Shown piece after piece: positions 48,174 through 58,965 of a stretch of 64,000 bases of DNA. Position 1 is the first letter of the stretch, and every line of letters starts with the position of its first letter. Position numbers and translations under genes: made by a program. The notes beneath the pieces were generated by a model, which was given only the letters and a program-made list of their open reading frames with translations, made no database searches and was not told where the DNA came from. The stretch comes from Bacilli bacterium (lineage in GTDB: Bacteria > Bacillota_I > Bacilli_A > RF39 > UBA660): contig JAFSEX010000006.1 of NCBI GenBank assembly GCA_017435465.1, positions 12,697-76,696 on the forward strand, in the 5' to 3' direction.

Positions 48174-48865
48174 ATAATACCATTTACTTTCAATTGAATA
48201 AGAACAAGTAAGGTATTATGGAAAAAATGAATGAAAATAGGACACCAAATATTATCAGTTTTAACATACATTAGTGCAAACATGGATCCTAAAAAGCCAT
48301 ATGGAAGTAAATATAAGTATTCTAACCCAGAAGCAGTCCCAAGAACATGCATTAATCCAAATATTAGTCCACTAACAATTATAAAAACATATTTATTTTT
48401 ACAAAAATCTCTTATAACTTTTCTAAATAACATTTCTTCTTGAAAAGGAGCAAGTATACATGCAGAAATAAATGTATAAAGTGGTGCTTCAATAAGTAAA
48501 TTTCTAACACTTTCTTCATTTCCAGCAAGTCCTAGTTTTAGACCATATTGTAAAAATAAATTTATTAGAACCATCCCAATTACGCCAATTGTATAATAAT
48601 TAATTATATAATCTAAATATGATTTATATTCTTTTTTTATTTTTTTTAAATCCTTAAATAAATCTTTTCTATAAACCATAATCAATATAATAGGAAATAC
48701 TAAAGATATTCCAAGAGATATAAGTGTTTTATTACTACTCGATAAAGATTCGACATCTAATCCTAACGCTATTAAAAGTAAAAGTATTAAATCACTAATT
48801 AAAAACATTAAAATAAACATTATACTACCAATAATTTGTTTTTTATATTTTTTTAAATGTTTCAT
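48170..48865 (-). CDS. CPBP-family intramembrane glutamic endopeptidase (CAAX protease-like)
   Basis: EEMLFRKV and HFFHN motifs, multi-TM. Confidence 0.75.
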   Translation of the reverse strand: MKHLKKYKKQIIGSIMFILMFLISDLILLLLIALGLDVESLSSSNKTLISLGISLVFPIILIMVYRKDLFKDLKKIKKEYKSYLDYIINYYTIGVIGMVLINLFLQYGLKLGLAGNEESVRNLLIEAPLYTFISACILAPFQEEMLFRKVIRDFCKNKYVFIIVSGLIFGLMHVLGTASGLEYLYLLPYGFLGSMFALMYVKTDNIWCPIFIHFFHNTLLVLIQLKVNGII

Positions 48866-48995
48866 ATTTTCAACACCTTTCTATTATTGATTATAACATT
48901 AACTAATATTCATGTAAACAATTGAAATTTTATTTATTGCGAAAATAATGTTTGTAGTGTATAATAAATGGACTTATGTTTTTTTGGGTGATTTT

Positions 48996-50999
48996 ATGAG
49001 AGAGGTATTTATTAAATATTTAAATAAAAATAATTTTAACAAAGTGATTTTTGAATACATTTTAAAAGATTTAAAAAGCGAAAGACAAATAGATCTTTTA
49101 GAAAAAGTAATTTTAAAATATCCTAATCTAGAGCTTACAAATTTAAATCTTGAATTATTTAATGAAAAATATATTGATTGTTTTGGAATGGATTTTTTAA
49201 GTAAAAATATTACAACACTCAAAAAAATATATTTAGATTATGGTTTAAAAGATGAAGATATAAAAAAAAGGCTTTTTATTATAAGTGATTTAAATATACC
49301 TTTTGATAATATTAATCCAAAATTATTACTAAGTACGATAATTAATGATAATAATATTATAGAAATTTCTGAATTCTTGAATGATAAATTATTTTCATAT
49401 TTTATATGTAATTGTTGTTTAGATGATGAAAAATATCTTAATATAATTTTAAAGTGTATTGATAAAAATAGTGATTATTATAAATTAATTATTATTATTT
49501 TGAATAGGTTTGAACAAAGAGAATATAATAAATTCGAAAAAATATTATTTAATAATAATATTAGTGATTATATAAACTTTTTTCAAAATATTGAAATGTC
49601 ATGGTTTAATATAAAAACTAAATTTGATGAAGTTTTAAAAATATTTGAAAATAATAAAAATTTATTTAATGAAATCAATAAATTAGAAAATAAAAAATGT
49701 ATTAAAGAAAAATTAAAAATATATTTTTATGATAATTCTATTAAGATTAATAGTATTGAAGAATTAAATAAAATTGGAATTTTAAGATATAAAAATTTTA
49801 GAGATAAAATTATTAATATTAATAATATTGATGAAATTAAAAATTTATTTGTAAAGTGTTACTTTAATTTGGATATTACTAAATTTGAATCAATAATTAA
49901 GAATGTTGAAGAAAATATTAGTGATGGTTTAATTTTGAATGATTATAATATGTATATCTTTAGAATATTAAAATATTTTGTTTCTTCGAATAAAAAGGAA
50001 ATATTATTAATTTTATTTGATGATTTATTTGAAACTCCAAATATTTATGAATATATACAAAGATTAGATGAAATACAAAAAAAATATTGTTTCAATGATA
50101 TATCAAATTCTTTAACTAAAGTGGGTAATGAATCCAAAATTATAGAATTTAATGGACAAGATTTTAATTTTTTAGTTCATAAAATTAAAGGCTATGGGAA
50201 TCGTCATTTAGCTAATAAATTATATGATGATCCTAGTTTATGGGATAAAAATTATATTGAAGATTCCTATATATCAACAAGTATGATAACAAATAATTAT
50301 TTTGGTTGTGTACCTGGAAATGGATATATATTAGCTTTTAACAATATTGAAGCGTCTGATATACTGGATATTGGATGTGAAGATATATCATATTCAATAA
50401 AATATTACAAAAATAATATTAAGTTACCTAAATCTAGAATAATGACTGGCAAGAATTTAATTAAGAATAGTAGAAAAGCATATAATGAAGTTGTAATAAA
50501 AAGATTTAAGAATAATAAAGCTATTATGCCTAGTGGAGTAGTTGCTTTTGATAAAGTCACAGAAAAAGATGTTAATGTTGCCAAACATTTTAATGTTCCA
50601 ATATATTTAATTAATAGAAAAAAATATTTGTCAAAAATGATAGAAGAATGTAATTATTATTTTAATATCGGTGATTATGATAACTATTGTAATTATAGAA
50701 CTAAAATAGCATTAAGTTTTTCTGATAATAATAAAATAATGAAAGAACATTTTAATATAGATAAATTAAACGAAAATACTAATTTAATTATTGAACAAAT
50801 ATTTAATGATTTGAAAGTTGAAAATAATATTAAAAAAAGAAAAAGGTTAATAAATAGTTTAAAAAATATGATAAAAGTGAATTATAAAATAAATTCAATT
50901 ATGAAATACTATGATATAACTTATAAAAATTACACAGTTGATGAAAAAACTATTGAAAAAAGATTGAATCTTTATTTAGATACTCAAAAATCAATTTAA
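48996..50999 (+). CDS. Large hypothetical protein (~667 aa), no recognisable domain
   Basis: Long uninterrupted ORF; SD GGGTGA before ATG 48996. Confidence 0.5.
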   Translation: MREVFIKYLNKNNFNKVIFEYILKDLKSERQIDLLEKVILKYPNLELTNLNLELFNEKYIDCFGMDFLSKNITTLKKIYLDYGLKDEDIKKRLFIISDLNIPFDNINPKLLLSTIINDNNIIEISEFLNDKLFSYFICNCCLDDEKYLNIILKCIDKNSDYYKLIIIILNRFEQREYNKFEKILFNNNISDYINFFQNIEMSWFNIKTKFDEVLKIFENNKNLFNEINKLENKKCIKEKLKIYFYDNSIKINSIEELNKIGILRYKNFRDKIININNIDEIKNLFVKCYFNLDITKFESIIKNVEENISDGLILNDYNMYIFRILKYFVSSNKKEILLILFDDLFETPNIYEYIQRLDEIQKKYCFNDISNSLTKVGNESKIIEFNGQDFNFLVHKIKGYGNRHLANKLYDDPSLWDKNYIEDSYISTSMITNNYFGCVPGNGYILAFNNIEASDILDIGCEDISYSIKYYKNNIKLPKSRIMTGKNLIKNSRKAYNEVVIKRFKNNKAIMPSGVVAFDKVTEKDVNVAKHFNVPIYLINRKKYLSKMIEECNYYFNIGDYDNYCNYRTKIALSFSDNNKIMKEHFNIDKLNENTNLIIEQIFNDLKVENNIKKRKRLINSLKNMIKVNYKINSIMKYYDITYKNYTVDEKTIEKRLNLYLDTQKSI

Positions 51000-51078
51000 A
51001 AATTATACAAATATTGAATTTATAGTTTTTGCTATTTATTTCTCTTTATGATATTTTATACAAAAGGAGAAATAGTAT

Positions 51079-51432
51079 ATGAAAAAGGAACAATGTTATA
51101 AAAAAATAAAAATTAATTCTAAAACAGCATTTATATTTATTAATGATTCTAAAAAAGATAATTTATTTAACAATACTATTATTGATAATAAAGATATTAT
51201 AATTATAAATATTAATAATTATTTTAGTAGAAAAAAATCAAATATTGTTAATATAAATGAAAATGTAATTTATAATTTAAATATTTATAATGATTTAAAA
51301 AATATAAAAGAAAAAAAAGTCTATGAATTAACTGAATTTGATAGAATGATAATCCTATTTACTTCTTGTGATATGGAAATTATAAGTAGTTATATAATTA
51401 ATAATTTCGAAACTTTAAATTTGATAACATAA
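51079..51432 (+). CDS. Hypothetical protein, 117 aa
   Basis: SD AAGGAG before the ATG. Confidence 0.45.
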   Translation: MKKEQCYKKIKINSKTAFIFINDSKKDNLFNNTIIDNKDIIIININNYFSRKKSNIVNINENVIYNLNIYNDLKNIKEKKVYELTEFDRMIILFTSCDMEIISSYIINNFETLNLIT

Positions 51433-51486
51433 ATGTATTTATGTTATTTTCTTTAAATGATATAATTGAACAAAGGGTGTGATAAC

Positions 51487-53682
51487 TTGATAGTAAGTGT
51501 ATTAACTAGTATAGGTGTTGAAGCTTTAAATAAAACTTTTTCTTACGTTGTTCCAGAGCATTTAAAAGAAAAAGCAAAAGTAGGATGTAGAGTATTAATA
51601 CCATTTGGTCCACAAAGATTAGAAGGCTTTATTTTAAAAATAGACAATAAAAGTGTTGATGAATTTGAATATAAACTAAAAAATATAATAGATGTAGTAG
51701 ATGATTTTCCTGTATTAAATAATGAATTATTAAACCTTGGTGAATATATTAGTAAAACTACATTTTGTACATTAATTAATGCATATCAAGTAATGTTACC
51801 AACTGCTTTAAAAGCTAAAGAAAAAAATAATATTTCAATAAAAACTAAAAGTTATATTAGTCTAAATCAAAAAATTAATATTATAAAAGAATATATAAAT
51901 AATAATCAAAGAAGTAAAAGACAAATTGAACTTTTAGAATCTTTATTAAAAAATGATAAATTAGAAAAAAGTTTATTTGATTCAGCCGTAGTTAAAACAT
52001 TAGTAGAAAAAGACTTGATCAAAGTCATTATAGAAGAAGTATATAGATTTAAGAATAATGTTATAAAAGAAAATAAAAAAATTGTTTTAACAGAAAAACA
52101 ACAAGAAATAGCAAATGAAATAATTGATAATTTAAATAACGATATAACTTATTTATTATATGGTGTTACTGGAAGCGGAAAAACTGAAGTATATATTGAA
52201 GTTATAAAGAAAGTTATTGAAGATAACAAACAAGTTATTATGCTTGTACCAGAAATTAGTTTAACTCCTCAAATGGTAAATAGATTTACTAATGTATTTG
52301 GTGATAAGATCGCTGTATTACATAGTGGTTTATCAAATGGAGAAAAATACGATGAATATAGAAAAATATTAAATGATGAAGTTGATATAGTAATAGGAGC
52401 CAGAAGTGCGATATTTGCACCATTTAAAAAACTAGGGGCGATTATTATAGATGAAGAACATACTTCTTCATATAAACAAGATAATCATCCAAGATATCAT
52501 GCGATTGATATTGCGAAAGTTAGAAGTAAAACGCATAGTTGTCCACTAATTTTAGGAAGTGCGACACCATCTCTAGAAAGTTATGCAAGAGCTAAAAAAG
52601 GAGTATATAAATTATTAGAGCTTAAAACTAGAGTAGGTAAAAGTAAACTACCTATTGTAAAAATAGTTGATATGAAAGATGAAATAAAACAAGGCAATTC
52701 TACATTTTCAAAAGAATTAAGTAAAGATATTAAAGATAGACTAGAAAAAGGTGAACAAATAATTTTATTATTAAATAGGAGAGGATATTCAACTTTTGTA
52801 ACATGTAAAGATTGTGGTTTTACTCATAAATGTCCAAATTGTGATATATCTTTAACTTATCATAAAACAACAAATACAATGAGATGTCATTATTGTGGAT
52901 ATGGAGATAAGATGTTATATACATGCCCAGAATGTGGTGGAAGAGAATTAAAAAACTTAGGTACAGGTACTCAAAAAATTGAAGAAGAATTAAATCTTTT
53001 ATATCCTAATGCAAGAATAATTAGAATGGATGTAGATACTACTAGTAAAAAAGGTAGCCATGAAAAAATAATAAATGATTTTAAACAAGAAAAATATGAT
53101 ATTTTACTTGGAACTCAAATGATTGCGAAAGGATTAGATTTTCCAAAAGTCACTTTAGTTGGTGTAATTAATGCAGATACATCACTAAATATTCCAGATT
53201 TTAGAAGTGGCGAGCGAACATTCGAATTATTAAGTCAAGTTGCAGGTCGTGCTGGAAGAAGTGATATGGAAGGTAAAGTAGTAATTCAAACATACAATCC
53301 AGAGCATTACAGCATCAATTATACAAGAAGTCATGATTATGAAGCTTTTTATCAAAGGGAAATGTTTATTAGAAAGCAAATGAGTTATCCTCCTTATTAC
53401 TATATTACATTAGTTAGAATACTTTCAAAAGATTATGTAAAGGGAATGGAAGAAAGTAGAAAAATAAGTGATTATTTAAAAAAACATTTAAATAATGATA
53501 CAATTGTACTAGGACCAACAACTTCAATTATGTATAAAATAAATAATGTATATCGTTATCAATGTATTATAAAATACAAAAAGGATGACAAACTAAATGA
53601 TACATTAATTAAAATAATAAATCATTATAAAATCAATAAAAATATAAATGTAGAAATAGATAATAACCCTAATAAACTATAA
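51487..53682 (+). CDS. priA: Primosomal replication-restart helicase PriA
   Basis: Walker A GVTGSGKTE, DEEH, double zinc ribbon CKDCGF..CPNC...CHYCG...CPECG. Probable TTG start after GGGTGTGA. Confidence 0.9.
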   Translation: MIVSVLTSIGVEALNKTFSYVVPEHLKEKAKVGCRVLIPFGPQRLEGFILKIDNKSVDEFEYKLKNIIDVVDDFPVLNNELLNLGEYISKTTFCTLINAYQVMLPTALKAKEKNNISIKTKSYISLNQKINIIKEYINNNQRSKRQIELLESLLKNDKLEKSLFDSAVVKTLVEKDLIKVIIEEVYRFKNNVIKENKKIVLTEKQQEIANEIIDNLNNDITYLLYGVTGSGKTEVYIEVIKKVIEDNKQVIMLVPEISLTPQMVNRFTNVFGDKIAVLHSGLSNGEKYDEYRKILNDEVDIVIGARSAIFAPFKKLGAIIIDEEHTSSYKQDNHPRYHAIDIAKVRSKTHSCPLILGSATPSLESYARAKKGVYKLLELKTRVGKSKLPIVKIVDMKDEIKQGNSTFSKELSKDIKDRLEKGEQIILLLNRRGYSTFVTCKDCGFTHKCPNCDISLTYHKTTNTMRCHYCGYGDKMLYTCPECGGRELKNLGTGTQKIEEELNLLYPNARIIRMDVDTTSKKGSHEKIINDFKQEKYDILLGTQMIAKGLDFPKVTLVGVINADTSLNIPDFRSGERTFELLSQVAGRAGRSDMEGKVVIQTYNPEHYSINYTRSHDYEAFYQREMFIRKQMSYPPYYYITLVRILSKDYVKGMEESRKISDYLKKHLNNDTIVLGPTTSIMYKINNVYRYQCIIKYKKDDKLNDTLIKIINHYKINKNINVEIDNNPNKL

Positions 53683-53814
53683 ATAATATTAAAAAGTGAG
53701 TTATCTATATACAAAGAGAATGATTTTTTTCATTTTCTTTTTTCTTTTTTACCAAAAATTACCATTTTTTGGTAAAATAAAAGTAGACTATATGTAAATT
53801 AAGGAGTGATTGGG

Positions 53815-54042
53815 ATGCCAACTGAATTTATCTTATATAATGTTGACGAAAAAGATTTATATAAAAATAAGAGTAAAGAAGAGAAAGAAACAATGTTATA
53901 TGACATGGTACAAAATGCTTTAGAAATAGGAATTAAACCAACTGCCAGAATGTTTAATACATATCCTGCAACTGTAAGAAAGTGGGTTAATAAATATAAA
54001 GAAGGTGGAAAAGAAGCATTAAAATTTAAGAATAAATCATAA
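53815..54042 (+). CDS. Stand-alone transposase-type HTH protein (75 aa)
   Basis: ARMFNTYPATVRKWVNKYKEGGKEAL resembles IS-element OrfA/HTH domains; no catalytic domain follows. Confidence 0.4.
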   Translation: MPTEFILYNVDEKDLYKNKSKEEKETMLYDMVQNALEIGIKPTARMFNTYPATVRKWVNKYKEGGKEALKFKNKS

Positions 54043-54073
54043 TTTTAAAAACTATACTTTAATGGTGATATAT

Positions 54074-54823
54074 ATGAATAATATAACAGTACCATTAATT
54101 TTAACAACAATATCTGGATTGTCTACAATGCTTGGTTCGATAATAATTTTCACATCAAAAAAAGTAAATAACACTATATTAATATCTGCTTTAAGTTTTG
54201 CTGCAAGTATTATGTTAGGTGTATCAATAACTGATTTAATTCCAACTGGATATTCTTATCTTATAAAACAATACAGTTTAATATTTATTATTTTATTAAT
54301 TCTTTTAGGTGCATTATTTACTTATCTAATTGATCAATATATTCCAGAAAGTAGTGATGTTACTACTAATAAAAAACTTTATAAGATAGGACTGTTCTCC
54401 GCAATTGCGATATGCTTTCATAATATACCAGAAGGTATTATAACTTTCATATCTTCGTATAAAGATATAACTTTAGGAATATCTTTAACTATAGCAATTG
54501 CGCTTCATAATATACCGGAGGGTATATCTATATCTTTACCAATATATTATAGTACTAAATCAAAAATTAAAGCATTACTATATACTTTTATCTCAGGAAT
54601 ATCTGAGCCTATAGGTGGATTATTAATATATTTAATTTTTAGAAATTATATAAGTGATACAATATTAAATTCTATATTACTTTTTGTAGGGGGAATGATG
54701 AGTTATATATCATTAATAAAATTATTACCTGAAGCCATAAAATATAAAAGATATAGGATTATATCTATATCTTTTGTATTTGGAATCTTATTATTACTTA
54801 TTAACCATCATTATTTTGGATAA
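54074..54823 (+). CDS. ZIP-family divalent metal transporter (ZupT-like)
   Basis: Two HNIPEG motifs, ~8 TM segments. Confidence 0.8.
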   Translation: MNNITVPLILTTISGLSTMLGSIIIFTSKKVNNTILISALSFAASIMLGVSITDLIPTGYSYLIKQYSLIFIILLILLGALFTYLIDQYIPESSDVTTNKKLYKIGLFSAIAICFHNIPEGIITFISSYKDITLGISLTIAIALHNIPEGISISLPIYYSTKSKIKALLYTFISGISEPIGGLLIYLIFRNYISDTILNSILLFVGGMMSYISLIKLLPEAIKYKRYRIISISFVFGILLLLINHHYFG

Positions 54824-55513
54824 TTATTCATATTTTATTAAACTTTCTAACATATCATAATTATTTTTATAATTATTTAACAATTTTGTATAATGTAATT
54901 TATATATATATTCTACATCTTTATCTATTGGATCTACTAATTCATATATTTCAAACTTAAAGAACGATGTATAAAATATTTCGCGTAATATATTTAGTAT
55001 TTTATCTATATCTTTTTCTTTAATATTATCTAAATTCGTTAAATCAATATCTATCTTTTCTTCTTTTAAAATATCTTCAAATATATTTTTACAATATTTA
55101 AGATTAAAAACAAAATTAGATATCATTATCTTTTTAAAATTTAAATTATATTCATCAATATATTCATTACTTCCCCAAGCATGTTTTAGTAATAAAACAT
55201 TACTATATTTTGATGAAATAAATTTTTCTAGTATTGAATTAAATTTAACATTATCTAAAAAATAAAATTGCCATTTAGCAAATGTAATAAATTGATTTAA
55301 TAATGTGATAAATTGTTTCTCTTTATTAAGATAACAGTTCCCATTATTAAATTTTTTGTTTGTTCTTACTTTTCCTTTTAGTAAACTTTTAATTAAATAA
55401 TCTAATGTGTTATTATTTAATAAGTTATAAATAATACAAGCATTTTCAATTTTTTCATTATATAAAATTTTTTTAATTTTTGATTTTCTATATTTTAATA
55501 ATAACTTTTTCAT
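54824..55513 (-). CDS. Hypothetical protein, 229 aa
   Basis: Long ORF, no motifs recognised. Confidence 0.45.
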   Translation of the reverse strand: MKKLLLKYRKSKIKKILYNEKIENACIIYNLLNNNTLDYLIKSLLKGKVRTNKKFNNGNCYLNKEKQFITLLNQFITFAKWQFYFLDNVKFNSILEKFISSKYSNVLLLKHAWGSNEYIDEYNLNFKKIMISNFVFNLKYCKNIFEDILKEEKIDIDLTNLDNIKEKDIDKILNILREIFYTSFFKFEIYELVDPIDKDVEYIYKLHYTKLLNNYKNNYDMLESLIKYE

Positions 55514-55670
55514 GATATTTAGTCCTCTCTAAGGTTGAAAACACATAAATAAAATAGTATTTTATTTTTTTTGTACTTGTATTATATATTATAAATTAGG
55601 GGTAATGCAAGTATCTTATTTGAAATCACTATATTTTGTACAATTTTAATATAAGGTTTGGTGATGTAGT

Positions 55671-55910
55671 ATGATAAAAATGAACATTAATGAATTATTA
55701 GAAAAAAATGGAAAATCCAAATATTGGTTATGTCAAAATATGAATATAACAACTAGAAATTTAAATAGAATTATTAGAGGAGAGACAACTTCAATATCTT
55801 TTAAATATATAGAAAAACTTTGTGAATTGTTAAAGTGTACTCCTAATGATTTATTTGAAATTAAGTATTCTTCTAATATAATAAATAAAAATACAAAGAT
55901 AGAAGTATAA
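55671..55910 (+). CDS. XRE-family HTH transcriptional regulator
   Basis: KSKYWLCQNMNITTRNLNRII.G....ISFKYIEKLCELLKCTPNDLF. Confidence 0.7.
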   Translation: MIKMNINELLEKNGKSKYWLCQNMNITTRNLNRIIRGETTSISFKYIEKLCELLKCTPNDLFEIKYSSNIINKNTKIEV

Positions 55911-55936
55911 AAATAGAAAAGATAATTATTTCTTTT

Positions 55937-57652
55937 CTATTTTTTGATTTTTGTTTTATTTTTCTTTGCATTTTCTTTTAGATATTTATGTAAAAGTACA
56001 AATTTATTATTTTCTTCAATATTATTAATTTGTGTAGTAATTTTGATATTAGAATTGTTATTTATTACTGAATTGCCTGATTTATCAAATGTTGTTAATA
56101 TAGTTTGGGAATTTTCATTTATTTTTTTTATAAAATCAGTAATTGTATTTAATCCATCTGCACATTTTTTAAAATTTAAATTTAAATTTAAGAGTATATT
56201 AATTTTATCTATATCTTTTTCATCAATTCGAATATTATAAGTATAATATAATCCATTGTATTCATCTTTATGCGTTTTGTAACTTATTTTTATAGAGTAC
56301 TCTTTTCTGTTGGAAGGGTTTTCTTTTATGTTATTTAAAATTTCAAGTTTTTTTATAAAATCATAAGCAGCGTTTATTTTTTCCTTAGCGTATTTCAAAT
56401 CAATAATTGATTCAGTATTTAATAAATTTTTAATATTTCTTTCTTTTTTATCCAAACTATGATAATTTTCTTTATCTAAAATATTTGATAGTTTGTCTAA
56501 AATATTAAAAAACTCTTGTTTTAAACTTGCATCTTTGTCTTTAACTAAATTTTCTATAGTTTTGATTTCATCTTTTGATAGAGTAGAAAGAGCATTATCT
56601 ATTTGGCTTTTACTGTGATGGGAGAAAAAAGTATAAATATATTTTTTGATGTATAACCACATTTTCCCCTTATTTAATAAATGTCTCTTTTTCATTTGTT
56701 TACTATATTCTTCTTTTTCAGTATTTAAAATCTCATATTCTATATGATTATGATAAACACTATTATACAATTCAATAAATTGTTTATTAACTTTAAGTTT
56801 TTTTACAACAGATTTATGAATACAATTAATTGACTGTGGTGATACATTGAATAATTTAGCAGTTACGCGTTTTGATTTAAAAACATTATCAAATAATCCA
56901 CATCTTACTATTATATATTGTTTTTGTCTTTCGGTTAAATTACTATTGTTAATAATTGGAAATAAGTCATGTTCTTCTTTTAATAAAATTATTTCTGGAT
57001 TATATTTATCATTAGGTACAATTTCACCTAATTCTGAATTGTCTTCTAAATTTATATTTAAACTAATACTATTATTTATGGGTTCTATTGTTTCACTATT
57101 TGTGATATCTAATTCATCGCAAATTTTTTCTATATTTGAATCTTTTAAAATTTGATTTTTATAATATTTAATCATTCTAATCGATTGATTAGATGTCATA
57201 TGTTTAGTTATTTGTTTATTACTATTTTTTTCTATAAAACTATTAATATAATAATTAACATAACAATTAATTTGAAAAGTAAAATTATTTTTATTTGAAT
57301 TATTTAAACTATTTACAGCCTTAATTAATCCAATATTACCTTCTTGAATTAAATCTTCTAAATTTATTCCGTTACCAATATAACCAAGAGCGACTAAAAA
57401 TACATAATATAATTTACTATTTATTAAAATTTGTTTTGCCTCTTTATTACCATTTAAATATTCAGTAATATATTTTTGTTGTTCTTCCACTGAAAGTTTT
57501 GGATATTTTTTTACTTCTTCAAAATAATCATTAACTTTACTTGTACAAAAAGTTGTATTTCTTTTATTAATTATTATTTCATTTTGAGTTGAATCTTTAC
57601 CATAATATTCTTTAACTAAAGTTTCTATGTTTAAATTATCATATATAGCCAT
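55937..57652 (-). CDS. Sigma-70 family factor (regions 2-4) fused to a ~280-aa C-terminal extension of unknown function
   Basis: Region 2 DLIQEGNIGLIKAVNS; region 4 LTERQKQYIIVRCGL...RVTAKLFNVSPQSINCIHKSVVKKL; then ~280 further residues, Lys/Asn-rich and coiled-coil-like. Confidence 0.65.
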   Translation of the reverse strand: MAIYDNLNIETLVKEYYGKDSTQNEIIINKRNTTFCTSKVNDYFEEVKKYPKLSVEEQQKYITEYLNGNKEAKQILINSKLYYVFLVALGYIGNGINLEDLIQEGNIGLIKAVNSLNNSNKNNFTFQINCYVNYYINSFIEKNSNKQITKHMTSNQSIRMIKYYKNQILKDSNIEKICDELDITNSETIEPINNSISLNINLEDNSELGEIVPNDKYNPEIILLKEEHDLFPIINNSNLTERQKQYIIVRCGLFDNVFKSKRVTAKLFNVSPQSINCIHKSVVKKLKVNKQFIELYNSVYHNHIEYEILNTEKEEYSKQMKKRHLLNKGKMWLYIKKYIYTFFSHHSKSQIDNALSTLSKDEIKTIENLVKDKDASLKQEFFNILDKLSNILDKENYHSLDKKERNIKNLLNTESIIDLKYAKEKINAAYDFIKKLEILNNIKENPSNRKEYSIKISYKTHKDEYNGLYYTYNIRIDEKDIDKINILLNLNLNFKKCADGLNTITDFIKKINENSQTILTTFDKSGNSVINNNSNIKITTQINNIEENNKFVLLHKYLKENAKKNKTKIKK

Positions 57653-57712
57653 TTAAAATCCCCCTTTGTTAAATGTTGAGTATTATATCATATATTTAAA
57701 AAATTTCAAAAT

Positions 57713-58852
57713 TTATTCTTTCTTAATTATTACTTTAGAACTTATTTCAGATTCTGTGTATTTATCATTATTGATAGAATAAACATGGGCAAGTTTAAGT
57801 TCTAAATTTCTATATTTTTCATTAAAATCACTAAATTTAGTTATTATTGGAATATTAATTTTTGATTTTAATTTATTTAAATGTTGTTTGCCTTTATTAT
57901 TCATTCCTAAAATTCTTATATATTCTATATTATTATCTGTATCCATTTTTTTATAGTTTGTTAAAATATGACATAACATTCTAGAAAGTTTATTATATGT
58001 ATATCTTTTTGTTTTTAAATTCATTATTAATTCTTCATAACTATTAGATTTATATATAAATTTTTTAATTCTTTTATCTATACCTTCATCAACAGTTAAA
58101 TATTCATCTAAATTATTAATGTTGGAAATTATATTATATTTTAAGTAGTTATAATAATCACTAATAAATAGTGATTTTTTATTTAAATATTTATATGTTA
58201 TTTTTGGAATGTATTTTTCTATTTCAATATTATCTTTCAATTTATTTCTAATATTTGAAGCACTAATTATATCTTCATCATTATCTAAATCATGATAATC
58301 ATTAGTTCTTTTTATAGATATTGGTTTAATATTATAATTATTTTTAATTATTTCTCTTACATAACTAAGACCTAAAATATCATTTGGAGTATTTATTTCA
58401 GTTCCAGTTAGTTTTTTTAATGCTTGAGATAGGGCGGTAGGGTAGTTAAAGCCTTTATCTAATAAATTCTTAATTATATTTTGATATTCTTTATTGTTTA
58501 ATTGAATATTTGCAAGTTCTACCATGGAAGTAATATCATCTGATTCACTACCAAATACTAAAGTATTTACTTTTAAAGTATTTAAAATTTCTATTGCGCC
58601 ACGAGCAAATATATCTGCACTCTGCGTAGCAAAATTAAAGGGTAGCTCAACTATTAAGTCTATACCCGCTTCTAATGCAATTCTAGTTTTGTCATATTTG
58701 TTAATTATACTTATTTCACCACGTTGTAAAAAGTTTCCACTAAGTACTAAAACAACATTGTGATTAGGAAACATTTCTTTCACCTTATTGAGGTGATATA
58801 AATGTCCATTATGAAATGGGTTATATTCAGCAATTATTCCAACACTTTTCAT
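57713..58852 (-). CDS. tmcAL: tRNA(Met) cytidine acetate ligase TmcAL (YlbM/UPF0348 nucleotidyltransferase)
   Basis: MKSVGIIAEYNPFHNGHLYHLNKVKE HIGH-type N-terminus and typical length. Confidence 0.8.
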   Translation of the reverse strand: MKSVGIIAEYNPFHNGHLYHLNKVKEMFPNHNVVLVLSGNFLQRGEISIINKYDKTRIALEAGIDLIVELPFNFATQSADIFARGAIEILNTLKVNTLVFGSESDDITSMVELANIQLNNKEYQNIIKNLLDKGFNYPTALSQALKKLTGTEINTPNDILGLSYVREIIKNNYNIKPISIKRTNDYHDLDNDEDIISASNIRNKLKDNIEIEKYIPKITYKYLNKKSLFISDYYNYLKYNIISNINNLDEYLTVDEGIDKRIKKFIYKSNSYEELIMNLKTKRYTYNKLSRMLCHILTNYKKMDTDNNIEYIRILGMNNKGKQHLNKLKSKINIPIITKFSDFNEKYRNLELKLAHVYSINNDKYTESEISSKVIIKKE

Positions 58853-58965
58853 ATTAACTCCTTCTTCCGTGAATAATATTCTACTATAAATTTAAAAAAA
58901 ATTCAAAAAAATTGAATAAATTTATTGCGCTCATCAAAATAATATGTTATTATGGATGAGTAAAC

